Shown: positions 40,940-54,200 of the stretch, piece by piece
Layout of the letters: each line of letters begins with the position of its first letter
Numbering within the stretch: position 1 is the first letter of the stretch
Assembly: GCA_963920595.1 (NCBI GenBank)
Contig: OY986948.1
Coordinates: 2,356,001 to 2,420,000, forward strand
From: Eimeria praecox
Lineage: Eukaryota
Direction: 5' to 3'
Length of the DNA: 64,000 nucleotides
Notes under the pieces: model-generated
Told to the model about the DNA's origin: nothing
The model's input: only the letters and a program-made list of their open reading frames with translations
The model's database searches: none
Program-made: the position numbers and the translations under genes

Positions 40940-43900
40940 AACGCAAGCACAAATTGCGCCTGCTTGAGCCCTGCAATGCCGTCAAACCACGCGTCCACAC
41001 ACGCTCTGTAAGGTCAGTCCAAGCTATGCGTCATGAAAGCTATCGCCAGGTTGTTGGTTCGTCCTCAGTGCCGCATGTTTATATCCGTTCGCACAAGAGC
41101 GACAAACGGTATCGAGCTGAGCATAACTAGTGGACTGTACGACCCAAAGCGTCATATCCTCCACTTCCACTGCTAGTCGTGCACACGGCCTTCTTAGTGG
41201 CGGGATCTGCTATGGCCGAACGCCTGCCAATAATGGAGACAGAAGTGAGTTTACACAATTGGAACGTGCCCAGTGTCTCGCGCAAGCCATTATTCATAGT
41301 GGCTGGTACGAACAAACAATGCTTGCGACCAAGTCACAGTGTCGCCTCCAGGGCCCTTCACAAGTCAAAAGTGAAGGGCACTAGTTAGCGGATTCGCGCT
41401 TCCTAGAACTACCAAGGGCCGCCTTGCTGTGAAGCACCGTAGTGAGCGACTTCCACTGTAAGTTGCCGACCCAGAAGGGCAAGCAGACAAGGAGCTGAGA
41501 AGAGCCTTTGAGAAAGCAGTGAGCAGTTCGGCGCAGAGCAACGCCAATGCTGTGGACAGGCCAGCAGATGCACCATGCGCAGCTTAAAAAGGAGCCTTGT
41601 ACCATTGCCAAGGGTGTTAGTAGGATGCACGGCAAGATTGAAGGACACGCCCATCGAAGTCCAAAACCTTCTCCGCGCGATTCCCATTCTTCACGCCGGT
41701 TTCGGGCCCGGCCATCTCGTAAATTCCGTCTTTTCAATTCACTTCAAATTGCATCCTTATGGACTAACAACTCAAGCTGAAGCGGCATGCTCCTGCGTCT
41801 GATAGTAACGCAGCCACTAGCTGGTTTACATAACCGAGTTCCTCAGTACACCAATGCACTGAGGCGATTCCAGCGTTACTTCGAGGCGCCACAAGCACCT
41901 TCAACTGTTTTCATATGATGTTGCAAAACAACATACCTCCTGATGGGCCGAGCAGAATTACCATGATGACCGTTGCACAAACGCTTCCAGATGAGGCGAA
42001 CAGATCCCTCCTCACTCAGCCGCTCAGCATCACTGCAATATCACCGCACCTATCAGAACTGAATCGTCACCTCAACTTCTGCAAGCAGAGCATCTGCACG
42101 AAAAGGACGCTGTTAGAACATCGCACTGCGACCCTTCACCGGCAGAGCAGCGTATCTTCAACTGAGTGGTGAACGATCAACGGCATCGTCGATGGTTTGA
42201 AACCCCCCTCTCTGCTGCTGCCACATATGCGCAGGGGCGCTAGATCAACATTAGTGGCGCCTGCAGCCCAATGTATTATACCTTTCTACTCAACTGGCGC
42301 AGCTGAGGCGGCCATGCAGGCGCGCTACTAGGATTCCGCCCTTAGTGTTGTCAGTGCTGTCTTTTGTTCTAGCGATCCAGCGTACCGCCTGTCCTTCATC
42401 CCCTTACGCACGATAGCGAACGGTAGAGCGATCCTGCGGATCGTGGGACGGGAAGCAGCAACACTGAGAGAGGGGCGCTGTAAATATGTGTCGGGCCCGC
42501 AACACTGCTGCCTGCAGAAGGTCCATCCCCCAAGAAAGCATCGCTAACACATGCCAGCGGCACGTCGGACACGCAGGACGGGCACATACAAGCCCTCGTG
42601 GCCTTGCAGAGTTTCCAAAGGTCGCACAAATTCGCACAGTACACACGGACGTAGCACCCAAGGACTAGTGGGCAGCCCACACGCTGTCCATTCCTGTCCG
42701 CTGGTTGCTTTGCAAGACGAAAGGCATGTCCTTGTCCTGTGATGCGTCAAGCAGAGAAGCTGAACGAGCATTTAGCAAAGACCGCACAAATCAAACAGAT
42801 GCCCTACAACTCAGCTGAGACACACTGGAAACCGAGCTCTCAATTCCAAGGAATCCTTTGGCCAAATCGCTAACGCGTACAAAGCCTATCAGCAGGGTCT
42901 GACTTCCCTTGGAATGCCTTTCACTTGTGCATTGTCCAAACGTGCCACGTAATCATCTGAGATCAATTACGCGGGAAACCTTGCATTGTGGCTTTTGACC
43001 GTCACCAGCAAATATGTGATGGGCAATGCCAGAAGGAGCAGCGCGCCTACTACCACAAAAACCTAAATGTCAGGCAAACAATCAAAGGAATTGAGCAGCT
43101 CGCAACCTCAAGAACAGTGTGTATCTTCTTCCCAATGATATCAACCGGCGTGCAAGTTTGTATGTTGCCCCCTACCAATCCTCTCAAAATAGTCCTACGG
43201 CAGCCGCTGTTGTTGTTTACCAAAACTCAGCATGGCGATGACGCACATTCTAAAACCTCATTGGACTAGGAAAGCAGCATTCAGTAGCTGACGCGTATTG
43301 AAAGCGAACGGGTGCGAAAAAAGACACACCTCCCTGCGTCCAGCCGACTTCTGTCGCATGCCTCATCCCAAGCACGAGGCCAACGTAAACCAACGGAAAC
43401 AGCGGGGAGCATGCTATCGCTAGTCTACACCCAAATACGCTTTGTTCTGCTTCCCTACAAACTATTCCCTACAAACTAGCACTGATTCACTCAAATGGCT
43501 CACCAAGCAATACGCTAGAAGCAAGCTAAATCGCAAAACGTACAACTGTTCCATAGCGCCTACAGTGGTCCCTCCCTAACCCTGGAAAATGCGGGGGCAC
43601 TCGTCCCGCGCAAACAAGTAAATTAACGTGCATGTAAGAAGCCTCAAATCGGGGGATTCCGCTTGCTCTCCACGCTGACGCTACAAGGAAAAGCACTTCT
43701 CCACTTCGATAACTGAACCGATGCTCTCGCACCAAACTAAGAGCTCATGAACTGTCTCACTGAACTAGCTGACAACTAAGGACGGTGGGATCGAAAACAT
43801 GGCCAGCAGCTTCCGGTTTGCTGTTTCAAACGGTTTCCGCCCTGCAACTAACAGTCAACCAAAGACGGCGGAGGGCAGCAAAGTGCAGGAGCTATTCAGC

Positions 43901-46061
43901 GCCTACTAATCAGTTGGTGCTGGTTGCAACTTGTGCATAGCGGCACCTAAACAAGTCCTCAAGCGAAATGGTACAAAATCACCGCTTGTTGAAGTTACGG
44001 CTTAATCTAAGTGCTTGCTTGCCGCATACGTATGTGCAACCTGCCTTCAACCTACACGACTCCCTTAAACAGCCAAACGTTCTCGCACCTCCTGCATCAG
44101 AGCATAGTTCCTACGATAATGACCGTGCTTCACAAGCGCTTGCTTGTTCGTCTGATGCCCTCCGGTGCTTCTCCTGGTCATCATCACCTCTCACACAAAA
44201 GTAAAATAAGCAACTTGGCATACTAGCCTGCGTCTGCTCCCTTTACGGCCACACACATGTATCGGAACGGCTCCATGGCATCGCACCGCCAACACACCAA
44301 GGTAAACAAACTGAATCACGCAGTTCGGTGTCACTTTCTGAGCACCTCAGCTCCACAATACCATGCCCGACAAAGCCTTAGCACTAGCTGTGAGCAGGCA
44401 GGTATTAGCGGTAAGGGTGTTGCACAGACAAACTCTACAAAATGAGGCACGCCCAGATTCTGCCTCCCATTCTGCCCTGCGGCACTACACAGGTGACAAA
44501 CTACAAGGCCATCAACCAACAACGCTAAAGCCACAATGAGCTCCGACTCTGAAAATATCTGCTGCCAACGTTGGACAAGCCACACCCTTGTTGCGGCCGC
44601 CGAGCGAGATCACAATGCGCTGGCTCTACAATGCATCTCCCTCTTGGAAAATCGCAACTGACTTCTTTGTCAACAGCTGAGGGAACAACCGGCCTTTATA
44701 CTCAACGCGTCCGCAAGTGCCCGACTGAGAAATTCTGTATGCGTAACAAGCATGCGACCCTTTGATATTTGACCGGGCATCTGCGGAGACTTGACTCACA
44801 AACTGCGTCCAGTGCCTCCAAGTAACATCTGACCCGAAATAAAGCTGTTTACCATCTCGTCTGAGCCACTAAATTCGCAAGGCCTAGCCGTTGCTATGAG
44901 GAAATCCTGCTGCATGGATCCCCACTAATTATGCTTCGCTTTGGGCGATTCACAAGACTTGCGCACCTGCCCTACCAGCGCGCGTATACCAACGCCCCCC
45001 CGGCACAAAAGCTGGTCCATCAAGCCACAGGCACACACACGCACATGTATGTCAAGCAAAGCTCACACTCCAATTGGTGCAACTGCAGGAAATAGACCTG
45101 GCTTGACAGGCACCAAAACGCTGCCGCATATAAGCAGGAAATCCCGTTATGCAGAGGTAGGTATATCATGCGTAGCAAAGCTCGCTTCTCCAATGTTTGC
45201 GATCCCCTTTTCGCATAGATGCCTGTGAATGGGATGGTCAGAAATCGAAGGGTCAAGCTGAAATTTAGGCTTGCCTTCAGGAAATCTCTACTCTGAACTA
45301 GGACCGCAGCCCTCACCTCACCAAAGTGCAGGTTATAGAGGCTGCCCAAACATTGTGGTGACCAGGGCTGCATGCTGCAGATGCAATGCCTGATCTTCAT
45401 GCTTTCACATTACTTTAGGCTCTGCCTGAATCCTTGAATCCTTTTGGAACGATGGCAAACCCGCGACTCCCCGGCTACATAATGCACGTGACCCGCTCCA
45501 GACACCAACTCACGCCCTACAGTAACACAGCATTAGTGTAGGGGCATGCTCGGTCATGTGCTTTGACGTGCGCACAGCCAGTTATTCTTCCAGAGAACCG
45601 TTGGCATTACGCTCAGCAGATGAAATCTACACCCATATCTCATGTACTCTCCATCCAAGTCGTCGAAGACGCCTTCGGCCAACCATCACGAAGCGCTTTA
45701 ACACTTGTGAGCGTACAGGCACTTGAACGTATAACTAAGCATGTAACTAAGAATCGTCCAGTCAGAGATGCATGTAAAATAGGGGTACGTAGCAGCGCTC
45801 GGAAGAAAAGAAAACCCATTGTGACAGGCTATGCCCTGCCAGATTTTCGTTAGACCCTAACTCCTGCAAAGCTGCGCCGCAAAGCCTGTCAGGCGGCATG
45901 CTGAGATTCTCTACAAATTCTTGTGCCTTCATCCCTGGCACACCAACTCACCATCCAACAAAATAATTCAGGGCAGTCTTGCAGAGATCGGCTGCAACTC
46001 CCAGCTTTACCATCCATCGCAGCTGGCAACTCACACAGCCAACCAACCAACCAACGGGGTA
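40940..46061. repeat. Repeat copy 9 (5122 bp)
   Basis: Anchor spacing. Contains a tract matching copy 4. Confidence 0.97.
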
Positions 46062-49000
46062 AACGCAGGGACAAACTGCGCCTGCTTGAGCCCTGCAATG
46101 CCGTCAAAGCACGCGTCCACACACTCTCTGTAAGGTCAGTCCAACCTATGCGTCATGAAAGCTATCGCCAGGTTGTTGCTTCGTCCTCAGTGCCGCATGT
46201 TTATATCCGTTCGCACAAAAGCGACAAACGGTATCGAGCTGAGCATAACTAGTGGACTGTACGACCCAAAGCGTCATATCCTCCACTTCCACTGCTAGTC
46301 GTGCACAAGGCCTTCTTAGTGGCGGGATCTGCTATGGCCGAACGCCTGCCAATAATGGAGGTACAAGTGAGTTCACACAATTGGAAAGTGCTCAGCGTCC
46401 CGCGCAAGCCATTATTCATAGTGGCTGGTACGAACAAACAATGCTTGCGACCAAGTCACAGTGTCGCCTCCAAGGCCCTTCACAAGTCAAAAGTGAAGGG
46501 TACTAGTTAGCGGATTCGTGCTTCCTAGAACTACCAAGGGCCGCCTTGCTGTGAAGCACCGTAGTGAGCGACTTCCACTGTAAGTTGCCGACCCAGAAGG
46601 GCAAGCAGACAAGGAGCTGAGAAGAGCCTTTGAGAAAGCAGTGAGCAGTTCGGCGCAGAGCAACGCCAATGCTGTGGACAGGCCAGCAGATGCACCATGC
46701 GCTGCTTAAAAAGGAGCCTTGTACCGTTGCCAAGGGTGTTAGTAGGATGCGCGGCAAGATTGAAGGACACGCCCATCGAAGTCCAAAACCTTCTCCGCTC
46801 GATTCCGATTCTTCACGCCAGTTTCGAGCCCGGCCATCTCGTAAATTCCGTCTTCCCAATTCACTTCAAATTCCATCCTAATGGACTAACAACTCAAGCT
46901 GAAGCGGCACGCTCCTGCGCCTGATAGTAATGCAGCCACTAGCTGGTTTATATAGCCGAGTTCCTCAGTACACCAATGCACTGAGGCGATTCCAGCGTTA
47001 CTTCGAGGCGCCACAAGCACCTTCAACTGTTTTCATATGATGTTGCAAAACAACATACCTTCTGAGGGGCCGAGCAGAATTACCATGATAACCGTTGCAC
47101 AAACGCTTCCAGATGAGGCGAACAGATCCCTCCTCACTCAGCCGCTCAGCATCACTGCAATACCACCGCACCTATCAGAACTGAATCGTCACCTCAACTT
47201 CTGCAAGCAGAGCACCTGCACGAAAAGGACGCTGTTAGAACATCGCACTGCGACCCTTCACCGGCAGAGCAGCGTATCTTCAACTGAGTGGTGAGCGATC
47301 AATAACATCGTCGATGGTTTGAAACCCCCCTCTCTGCTGCTGCCATATATGCGCAGGGGCGCTAGATCAACATTAGTGGCGCCTGCAGCCCAATGTATTA
47401 TACCTTTCTACTCAACTGGCGCAGCTGAGGCGGCCATGCAGGCGCGCTACTAGGATTCCGCCCTTAGTGTTGTCAGTGCTGTCTTTTGTTCTAGCGATCC
47501 AGCGTACCGCCTGTCCTTCATCCCCTTACGCACGATAGCGAACGGTAGAGCGATCCTGCGGATCGTGGGACGGGAAGCAGCAACACTGAGAGAGGGGCGC
47601 TGTAAATATGTGTCGGGCCCCCAACACTGCTGCCTGCAGAAGGTCCATCCCCCAAGAAAGCATCGCTAACACATGCCAGCGGCACGTCGGACACGCAGGA
47701 CGGGCAAATACAAGCCCTCGTCGCCTTGCAGAGTTTCCAAAGGTCCCACAGATCCGCACAGTACACACGTACGTGGCACCCAAGGACTAGTGGGCAGCCC
47801 ACACGCTGCCCATTCCTGTCCGCTGGTTGCTTTGCAAGACGAAAGACATGTCCTTGTGCTGCGGCGTGCTAAATGACGCTAGTGGAAGAGCGCGTAGCGA
47901 CGCGGAAGCCACGTAGCGTGGAAACAAGGCCTCTATGCCCAAGGAATGCACAGCCTTGCTAGGTTAGGCATCCGAAAGCTGAATGCATAGTCCGGGTCCA
48001 CAGGCAACGCATGTAGCCTGCACATGCTACAAAGGTGCAGCGAGATCCCCCTTGGCCTACTGCGTGAGGAGCCGTGCTCTGTGCCTACGTAGACGCGCAC
48101 TTCGATTATGGGGCGGGTAGAGCCAAAGATGACCACACGCCCACTACCATGAATGTTTAAGTGCCGTAGGGAGCGCGAAGCCACTAAGAGGGCCTTCGCA
48201 TCAAGAACAGTGCGTATCCTTCTATCTGTGCCGCTGCATGCGGTGCATGCTGCGGCCTACCCATCACCTCACAACGCCTCTAATGCCGTTGCTGTTACTG
48301 TCCTCCCAAGCTTTGCATGATGGTGACGCACCCTCTGGAGCTCCAATGAATTATGCAAGCCGCGTTCAGTAGGTGGCGTGCGTCAAGTGCAAGGCATATC
48401 GTCAATAGGCATGCCACAATGCTCTTTCCAGCCAACTGGCCCACGTTTGGTCAAAAGCAAAAGCAAAACGCAAGCCAGTACACGCTACAGCAAATTTAGG
48501 GTCAAATACCCGTTACTTTTGTCTGTCACCTACTCGCACTTGATCATTCGCATGGCATACTCAACAATATACCAGAAGCAAGATAAATCGTATCATACAT
48601 TCCTGCCTCGGTGCATCTACCGTTGGTCCATAACGACCTCCAGGAAATGCAGAATCATACACCCAGTGCAAACAACTAAATCGGGTCCTACAAAAGAATC
48701 ACAACGAGTTAAGAGCACGTGCACTGCCTACTTTCACAGGTTACTAGCTAAGAAAGCTACGGCCAAACACCCGGCCAACGTCCTTTGCGGCTCCTTTCTT
48801 CAGAGGCTTGACAATAGAAATCGACGCTGACGCTACAAGGAAAAGCACTTCTCCACTTCGATAACTGAACCGATGCTCTCGCACCAAACTAAGGGCTCAT
48901 GAACTGTCTCACTGAACTAGCTGACAACTAAGGACGGTGGGATCGAAAACATGGCCAGCAGCTTCCGGTTTGCTGTTTCAAACGGTTTCCGCCCTGCAAC

Positions 49001-51213
49001 TAACAGTCAACCAAAGACGGCGGAGGGCAGCAACGTGCAGGAGCTATTCAGCGCCCACTAATCAGTAGGTGCTCGTTGCATCTTGCGCATGGCGGCACCT
49101 AAACAAGTCCTCAAGCGAAATGGTACAAAATCACCGCTTGTTGCAGTTACGGCTTAATCTAAGTGCTTGCTTGCCGCATACGTATGTGCAACCTGCCTTC
49201 AACCTACACGACTCCCTTAAACAACCAAACGTTCTCGCACCTCCTGCATCAGAGCATAGTTCCTACGATAATGACCGTGCTTCACAAGCGCTTGCTTGTT
49301 CGTCTGATGCCCTCCGGTGCTTCTCCTGGTCATCATCACCTCTCACACAAAAGTAAAATAAGCAACTTGGCATACTAGCCTGCGTCTGCTCGCTTTACGG
49401 CCTCACACATGTATCGTAACGGCTCCATGGCATCGCACCGCCAACACACCAAGGTAAACAAACTGAATCACGCAGTTCGGTGTCACTTTCTGAGCACCTC
49501 AGCTCCACAATACCATGCCCGACAAAGCCTTAGCACTAGCTGTGAGCAGCCAGGCATTAGCGGTAGGGGTTTTGCACAGACAAACTCTACAAAATGAGGC
49601 ACGCCCAGATTCTGCCTCCCATTCTGCCCTGCGGTACTACACAGGTGACAAACTACAAGGCCATCAACCAACAACGCTAAAGCCACCCTGAGCTCCGACT
49701 CTGAAAATATCTGCTGCCAAAGTTGGACAAGCCACACCCTTGTTGCGGCCGCCGAGCGAGATCACAATTTGCTGGCTCTGCAATGCATCTTGCTCTTGGA
49801 AAATCGCAAGTGACCTCTTTGTCAACAGCTGAGGGAACAACCGGCCTTTACACTCAACGCGTCCGCAAGTGCCCGACTGACAAATTCTGTATGCGTAACA
49901 AGCATGCGACCCTTTGAAATTTGACCGGGCATCTGCGGAGACTTGACTCACAAGCTGCGTCCAGTGCTTCCAAGTAACATCTGACCCGAAATAAAGCTGT
50001 TTACCATCTCGTCTGAGCCACTAAATCCGCAGGCCTAGCCGTTGCTATGAGGAAATCCTGCTGCATGGATCCGCACTAATTATGCTTCGCGCTGGGCGAT
50101 TCACAACACTTGCGCACCTGCCCTACCAGCGCTCGTATACCAACGCCCGCCCGGCACAAAAGCTGGACCCATCAAGCCACAGGCACACACAAGCACATGT
50201 GTGTCAAGCAAAGCTCACACGCCAATTGGTGCAACTGCAGGAAATAGACCTGGCTTGACAGGCACCAAAACGCTGCCGCATATAAGCAGGAAATCCCGTT
50301 ATGCAGAGGTAGGTATATCATGCGTAGCAAAGCTCGCTTCTCCAATGCTTGCGATCCCCTTTTCGCATAGATGCCTGTGAATGGGCTGGTCAGAAATCGA
50401 AGGGTCAAGCTGAAATTTAGGCTTGCCTTCAGGAAATCTCTACTCTGAACTAGGACCGCAGCCCTCACCTCACCAAAATGCAGGTTATAGAGGCTGCCCA
50501 AACATTGTGGTGACCAGGGCTGCATGCTGCAGATGCAATGCCTGACCTTCATGCTTTCACATTGCTTTAGGCTCTGCCTGAATCCTTGAATCCTTTTGGA
50601 ACGATGGCAAACCCGCGACTCCCCGGCTACATAATGCAGGTGACCCGCTCCAGACACCAACTCACGCTCTACAGTAACACAGCATTAGTGTAGGGGCATG
50701 CTCGGTCATGTGCTTTGACGTGCGCACAGCCAGTTATTCTCCCAGCGAACCGTTGGCATTACGCTCAGCAGATGAAATCTACACCCATATCTCATGTACT
50801 CTCCATCCAAGTCGTCGCAGACGCCTTCGGCCAACCATCACGAAACGCTTTAACACTTGTGAGCGTACAGGCACTTCAACGTATAACTAAGCATGTAACT
50901 AAGCATCGTCCAGTCAGAGATGCATGCAAAATAGGGGTACGTAGCAGCGCTCGGAAGAAAAGAAAACCCATTGTGACAGGCTATGCCCTGCCAGATTTTC
51001 GTTAGACCCTAACTCCTGCAAAGCTGCGCCGCAAAGCCTGTCAGGCGGCATGCTGAGATTCTCTACAAATTCTTGTGACTTCATCGCTGGCACACCAACT
51101 CACCTTCTGCCAAAATAATCCAGGGCAGTCTAGCAGAGATCGGCTGCAACTCCCAGCTTTACCATCCATCGCAGCTGGCAACTCACACAGCCAACCAACC
51201 AACCAACGCGGTA
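46062..51213. repeat. Repeat copy 10 (5152 bp), variant with replaced internal segment
   Basis: Anchor spacing. 47858-48820 differs from the standard unit. Confidence 0.97.
47858..48820. other. 963-bp divergent homologous segment (type B) replacing the standard ~933-bp segment (type A)
   Basis: Near-identity to the unit stops after CATGTCCTTGT (47857) and resumes at TCGACGCTGACGCTAC (48821). Colinear anchors to type A are TCAAGAACAGTG(C/T)GTATC (48201 vs 43108), AAGCCGC(G/A)TTCAGTAG (48357 vs 12590) and AGAAGCAAG(A/C)TAAATCG (48574 vs 43517). Confidence 0.93.
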
Positions 51214-54200
51214 AACGCAAGCACAAATTGCGCCTGCTTGAGCCCTGCAATGCCGTCAAACCACGCGTCCACACACGCTCTGTAAGGTCAGTCCAACCTA
51301 TGCGTCATGAAAGCTATCGCCAGGTTGTTGGTTCGTCCTCAGTGCCGCATGTTTATATCCGTTCGCACAAAAGCGACAAACGGTATCGAGCTGAGCATAA
51401 CTAGTGGACTGTACGACCCAAAGCGTCATATCCTCCACTTCCACTGCTAGTCGTGCACAAGGCCTTCTTAGTGGCGGGATCTGCTATGGCCGAACGCCTG
51501 CCAATAATGGAGACAGAAGTGAGTTTACACAATTGGAACGTGCCCAGCGTCCCGCTCAAGCCATTATTCATAGTGGCTGGTACGAACAAACAATGCTTGC
51601 GACCAAGTCACAGTGTTACCTCCAGGGCCCTTCACAAGTCAAAAGTGAAGGGCACTAGTTAGCGGATTCGTGCTTCCTAGAACTACCAAGGGCCGCCTTG
51701 CTGTGAAGCACCGTAGTGAGCGACTTCCACTGTAAGTTGCCGACCCAGAAGGGCAAGCAGACAAGGAGCTGAGAAGAGCCTTTGAGGAAGCAGTGAGCAG
51801 TTCGGCGCAGAGCAACGCCAATGCTGTGGACAGGCCAGCAGATGCAGCATGCGCAGCTTAAAAAGGAGCCTTGTACCATTGCCAAGGGTGTTAGTAGGAT
51901 GCACGGCAAGATTGAAGGACACGCCCATCGAAGTCCAAAACCTTCTCCGCGCGATTCCCATTCTTCACGCCGGTTTCGGGCCCGGCCATCTCGTAAATTC
52001 CGTCTTCCCAATTCACTTCAAATTCCATCCTAATGGACTAACAACTCAAGCTGAAGCAGCACGCTCCTGCGCCTGATAGTAATGCAGCCACTAGCTGGTT
52101 TATATAGCCGAGTTCCTCAGTACACCAATGCACTGAGGCGATTCCAGCGTTACTTCGAGGCGCCCCAAGCACCTTCAACTGTTTTCATATGATGTTGCAA
52201 AACAACATACCTTCTGAGGGGCCGAGCAGAATTACCATGATGACCGTTGCACAAGCGCTTCCAGATGAGGCGAACAGATCCCTCCTCACTCAGCCGCTCA
52301 GCATCACTGCAATATCACCGCACCTATCAGAACTGAATCGTCACCTCAACTTCTGCAAGCAGAGCACCTGCACGAAAAGGACGCTGTTAGAACATCGCAC
52401 TGCGACCCTTCACCGGCAGAGCAGCGTATCTTCAACTGAGTGGTGAGCGATCAATAACATCGTCGATGGTTTGAAACCCCCCTCTCTGCTGCTGCCATAT
52501 ATGCGCAGGGGCGCTAGATCAACATTAGTGGCGCCTGCAGCCCAATGTATTATACCTTTCTACTCAACTGGCGCAGCTGAGGCGGCCATGCAGGCGCGCT
52601 ACTAGGATTCCGCCCTTAGTGTTGTCAGTGCTGTCTTTTGTTCTAGCGATCCAGCGTACCGCCTGTCCTTCATCCCCTTACGCACGATAGCGAACGGTAG
52701 AGCGATCCTGCGGATCGTGGGACGGGAAGCAGCAACACTGAGAGAGGGGCGCTGTAAATATGTGTCGGGCCCCCAACACTGCTGCCTGCAGAAGGTCCAT
52801 CCCCCAAGAAAGCATCGCTAACACATGCCAGCGGCACGTCGGACACGCAGGACGGGCAAATACAAGCCCTCGTCGCCTTGCAGAGTTTCCAAAGGTCCCA
52901 CAGATCCGCACAGTACACACGTACGTGGCACCCAAGGACTAGTGGGCAGCCCACACGCTGCCCATTCCTGTCCGCTGGTTGCTTTGCAAGACGAAAGACA
53001 TGTCCTTGTGCTGCGGCGTGCTAAATGACGCTAGTGGAAGAGCGCGTAGCGACGCGGAAGCCACGTAGCGTGGAAACAAGGCCTCTATGCCCAAGGAATG
53101 CACAGCCTTGCTAGGTTAGGCATCCGAAAGCTGAATGCATAGTCCGGGTCCACAGGCAACGCATGTAGCCTGCACATGCTACAAAGGTGCAGCGAGATCC
53201 CCCTTGGCCTACTGCGTGAGGAGCCGTGCTCTGTGCCTACGTAGACGCGCACTTCGATTATGGGGCGGGTAGAGCCAAAGATGACCACACGCCCACTACC
53301 ATGAATGTTTAAGTGCCGTAGGGAGCGCGAAGCCACTAAGAGGGCCTTCGCATCAAGAACAGTGCGTATCCTTCTATCTGTGCCGCTGCATGCGGTGCAT
53401 GCTGCGGCCTACCCATCACCTCACAACGCCTCTAATGCCGTTGCTGTTACTGTCCTCCCAAGCTTTGCATGATGGTGACGCACCCTCTGGAGCTCCAATG
53501 AATTATGCAAGCCGCGTTCAGTAGGTGGCGTGCGTCAAGTGCAAGGCATATCGTCAATAGGCATGCCACAATGCTCTTTCCAGCCAACTGGCCCACGTTT
53601 GGTCAAAAGCAAAAGCAAAACGCAAGCCAGTACACGCTACAGCAAATTTAGGGTCAAATACCCGTTACTTTTGTCTGTCACCTACTCGCACTTGATCATT
53701 CGCATGGCATACTCAACAATATACCAGAAGCAAGATAAATCGTATCATACATTCCTGCCTCGGTGCATCTAACGTTGGTCCATAGCGACCTCCAGGAAAT
53801 GCAGAATCATACACCCAGTGCAAACAACTAAATCGGGTCCTACAAAAGAATCACAACGAGTTAAGAGCACGTGCACTGCCTATTTTCACAGGTTACTAGC
53901 TAAGAAAGCTACGGCCAAACACCCGGCCAACGTCCTTTGCGGCTCCTTTCTTCAGAGGCTTGACAATAGAAATCGACGCTGACGCTACAAGGAAAAGCAC
54001 TTCTCCACTTCGATAACTGAACCGATGCTCTCGCACCAAACTAAGAGCTCATGAACTGTCTCACTGAACTAGCTGACAACTAAGGACGGTGGGATCGAAA
54101 ACATGGCCAGCAGCTTCCGGTTTGCTGTTTCAAACGGTTTCCGCCCTGCAACTAACAGTCAACCAAAGACGGCGGAGGGCAGCAACGTGCAGGAGCTATT

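Noticed and set aside
47858..48820. Type B segment as a transposon insertion
   Set aside because: It replaces rather than adds sequence (net +30 bp), is homologous to what it replaces, and shows no terminal repeats or target-site duplication.
48378..48830. 150-aa ORF within the type B segment
   Set aside because: GTG start, truncated to 80 aa by TAA in the second B copy, no intact counterpart in type A, and no recognisable domain.
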